A DNA stretch of 64,000 bases from Pelomyxa schiedti. Lineage: Eukaryota > Protista > Evosea. Below the pieces are notes generated by a model. The model was not told the origin of the DNA, did not search any database, and saw only the letters and a program-made list of their open reading frames with translations. The stretch covers positions 1-64,000 of the forward strand of contig JAHLWZ010000163.1 of NCBI GenBank assembly GCA_020536535.1, in the 5' to 3' direction. Both the position numbers and the translations under genes were made by a program. Shown piece after piece: positions 63,687 to 64,000 of the stretch (the first letter of the stretch is position 1; every line of letters starts with the position of its first letter).

Positions 63687-64000
63687 TCAGCCGCTGAATG
63701 TAATGTGATCCCAAATGTCGAGCAGGGTTTTCATTGGAGGCCTGAGTGATGGCTTGGCAACAAGGCAACATGAAATAACCTGCCGTGCCCATAATGGCAA
63801 CGCTACACGCTGCGGTTGTTCTCCCTCAGCAGTTGTTGATGTGGTTGACTCGGACACTGTTGCAACTTGGAACCTCTCAACCTCAAAGCAATTGTATCCT
63901 CCACATTCCAATAATTCCGGCGCTGTTTGAAGAGACATGTGGATCACTATTAGTTGCCGGGAATTGAATAGGAAAATTACCGGGGGTTGCAGAACTGAAA
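63687..64000 (-). CDS. Protein kinase-like gene, 3' end only
   Basis: APELL..LPLWARQVISCCLVAKPSLRPPMKTLL resembles kinase subdomain XI. Confidence 0.55.
   Translation of the reverse strand, partial: SVLQPPVIFLFNSRQLIVIHMSLQTAPELLECGGYNCFEVERFQVATVSESTTSTTAEGEQPQRVALPLWARQVISCCLVAKPSLRPPMKTLLDIWDHITFSG

Noticed and set aside
1-64000. Genome-wide TGA reassignment
   Set aside because: TGA terminates genes at expected positions (e.g. after CLLL at 14217 and CACT at 28067), and conserved Trp residues use TGG

Overview
This is eukaryotic protist DNA: gene-dense, with many short spliceosomal introns (mostly ~30-80 nt) and Pro/Gln/Ser/Thr low-complexity exons. The gene content (MrfA/MYRF-type factor, RWP-RK, TrfA/Ssn6, Krs1-like kinase, three RhoGEFs) points to an amoebozoan. 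An Archamoeba such as Pelomyxa is plausible, but that is inference only. I reconstructed about 27 protein-coding loci by hand-splicing; most ORF-track entries are exon fragments or antisense shadows. No rRNA, tRNA, CRISPR array or recognisable transposon was seen. Main points of interest: (1) an RRM-TatD (TATDN2-like) fusion with an altered ETD->DTC motif, flanked by a decayed tandem copy and a PdeM-like metallophosphoesterase; (2) an N-acylated Rab5 with no C-terminal cysteine (ARA6/Rab5b-like); (3) a self-cleaving membrane-tethered Ndt80/MYRF factor head-to-head with an RWP-RK factor, duplicated at the window start, where the copy ends in a fold-back chimera; (4) an EH-SAM-IQ-DH-PH protein carrying its own NPF motifs; (5) an unusually long, motif-rich intron in an SR-protein gene; (6) an intronless 970-aa ORF. 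Gene ends are manual estimates.
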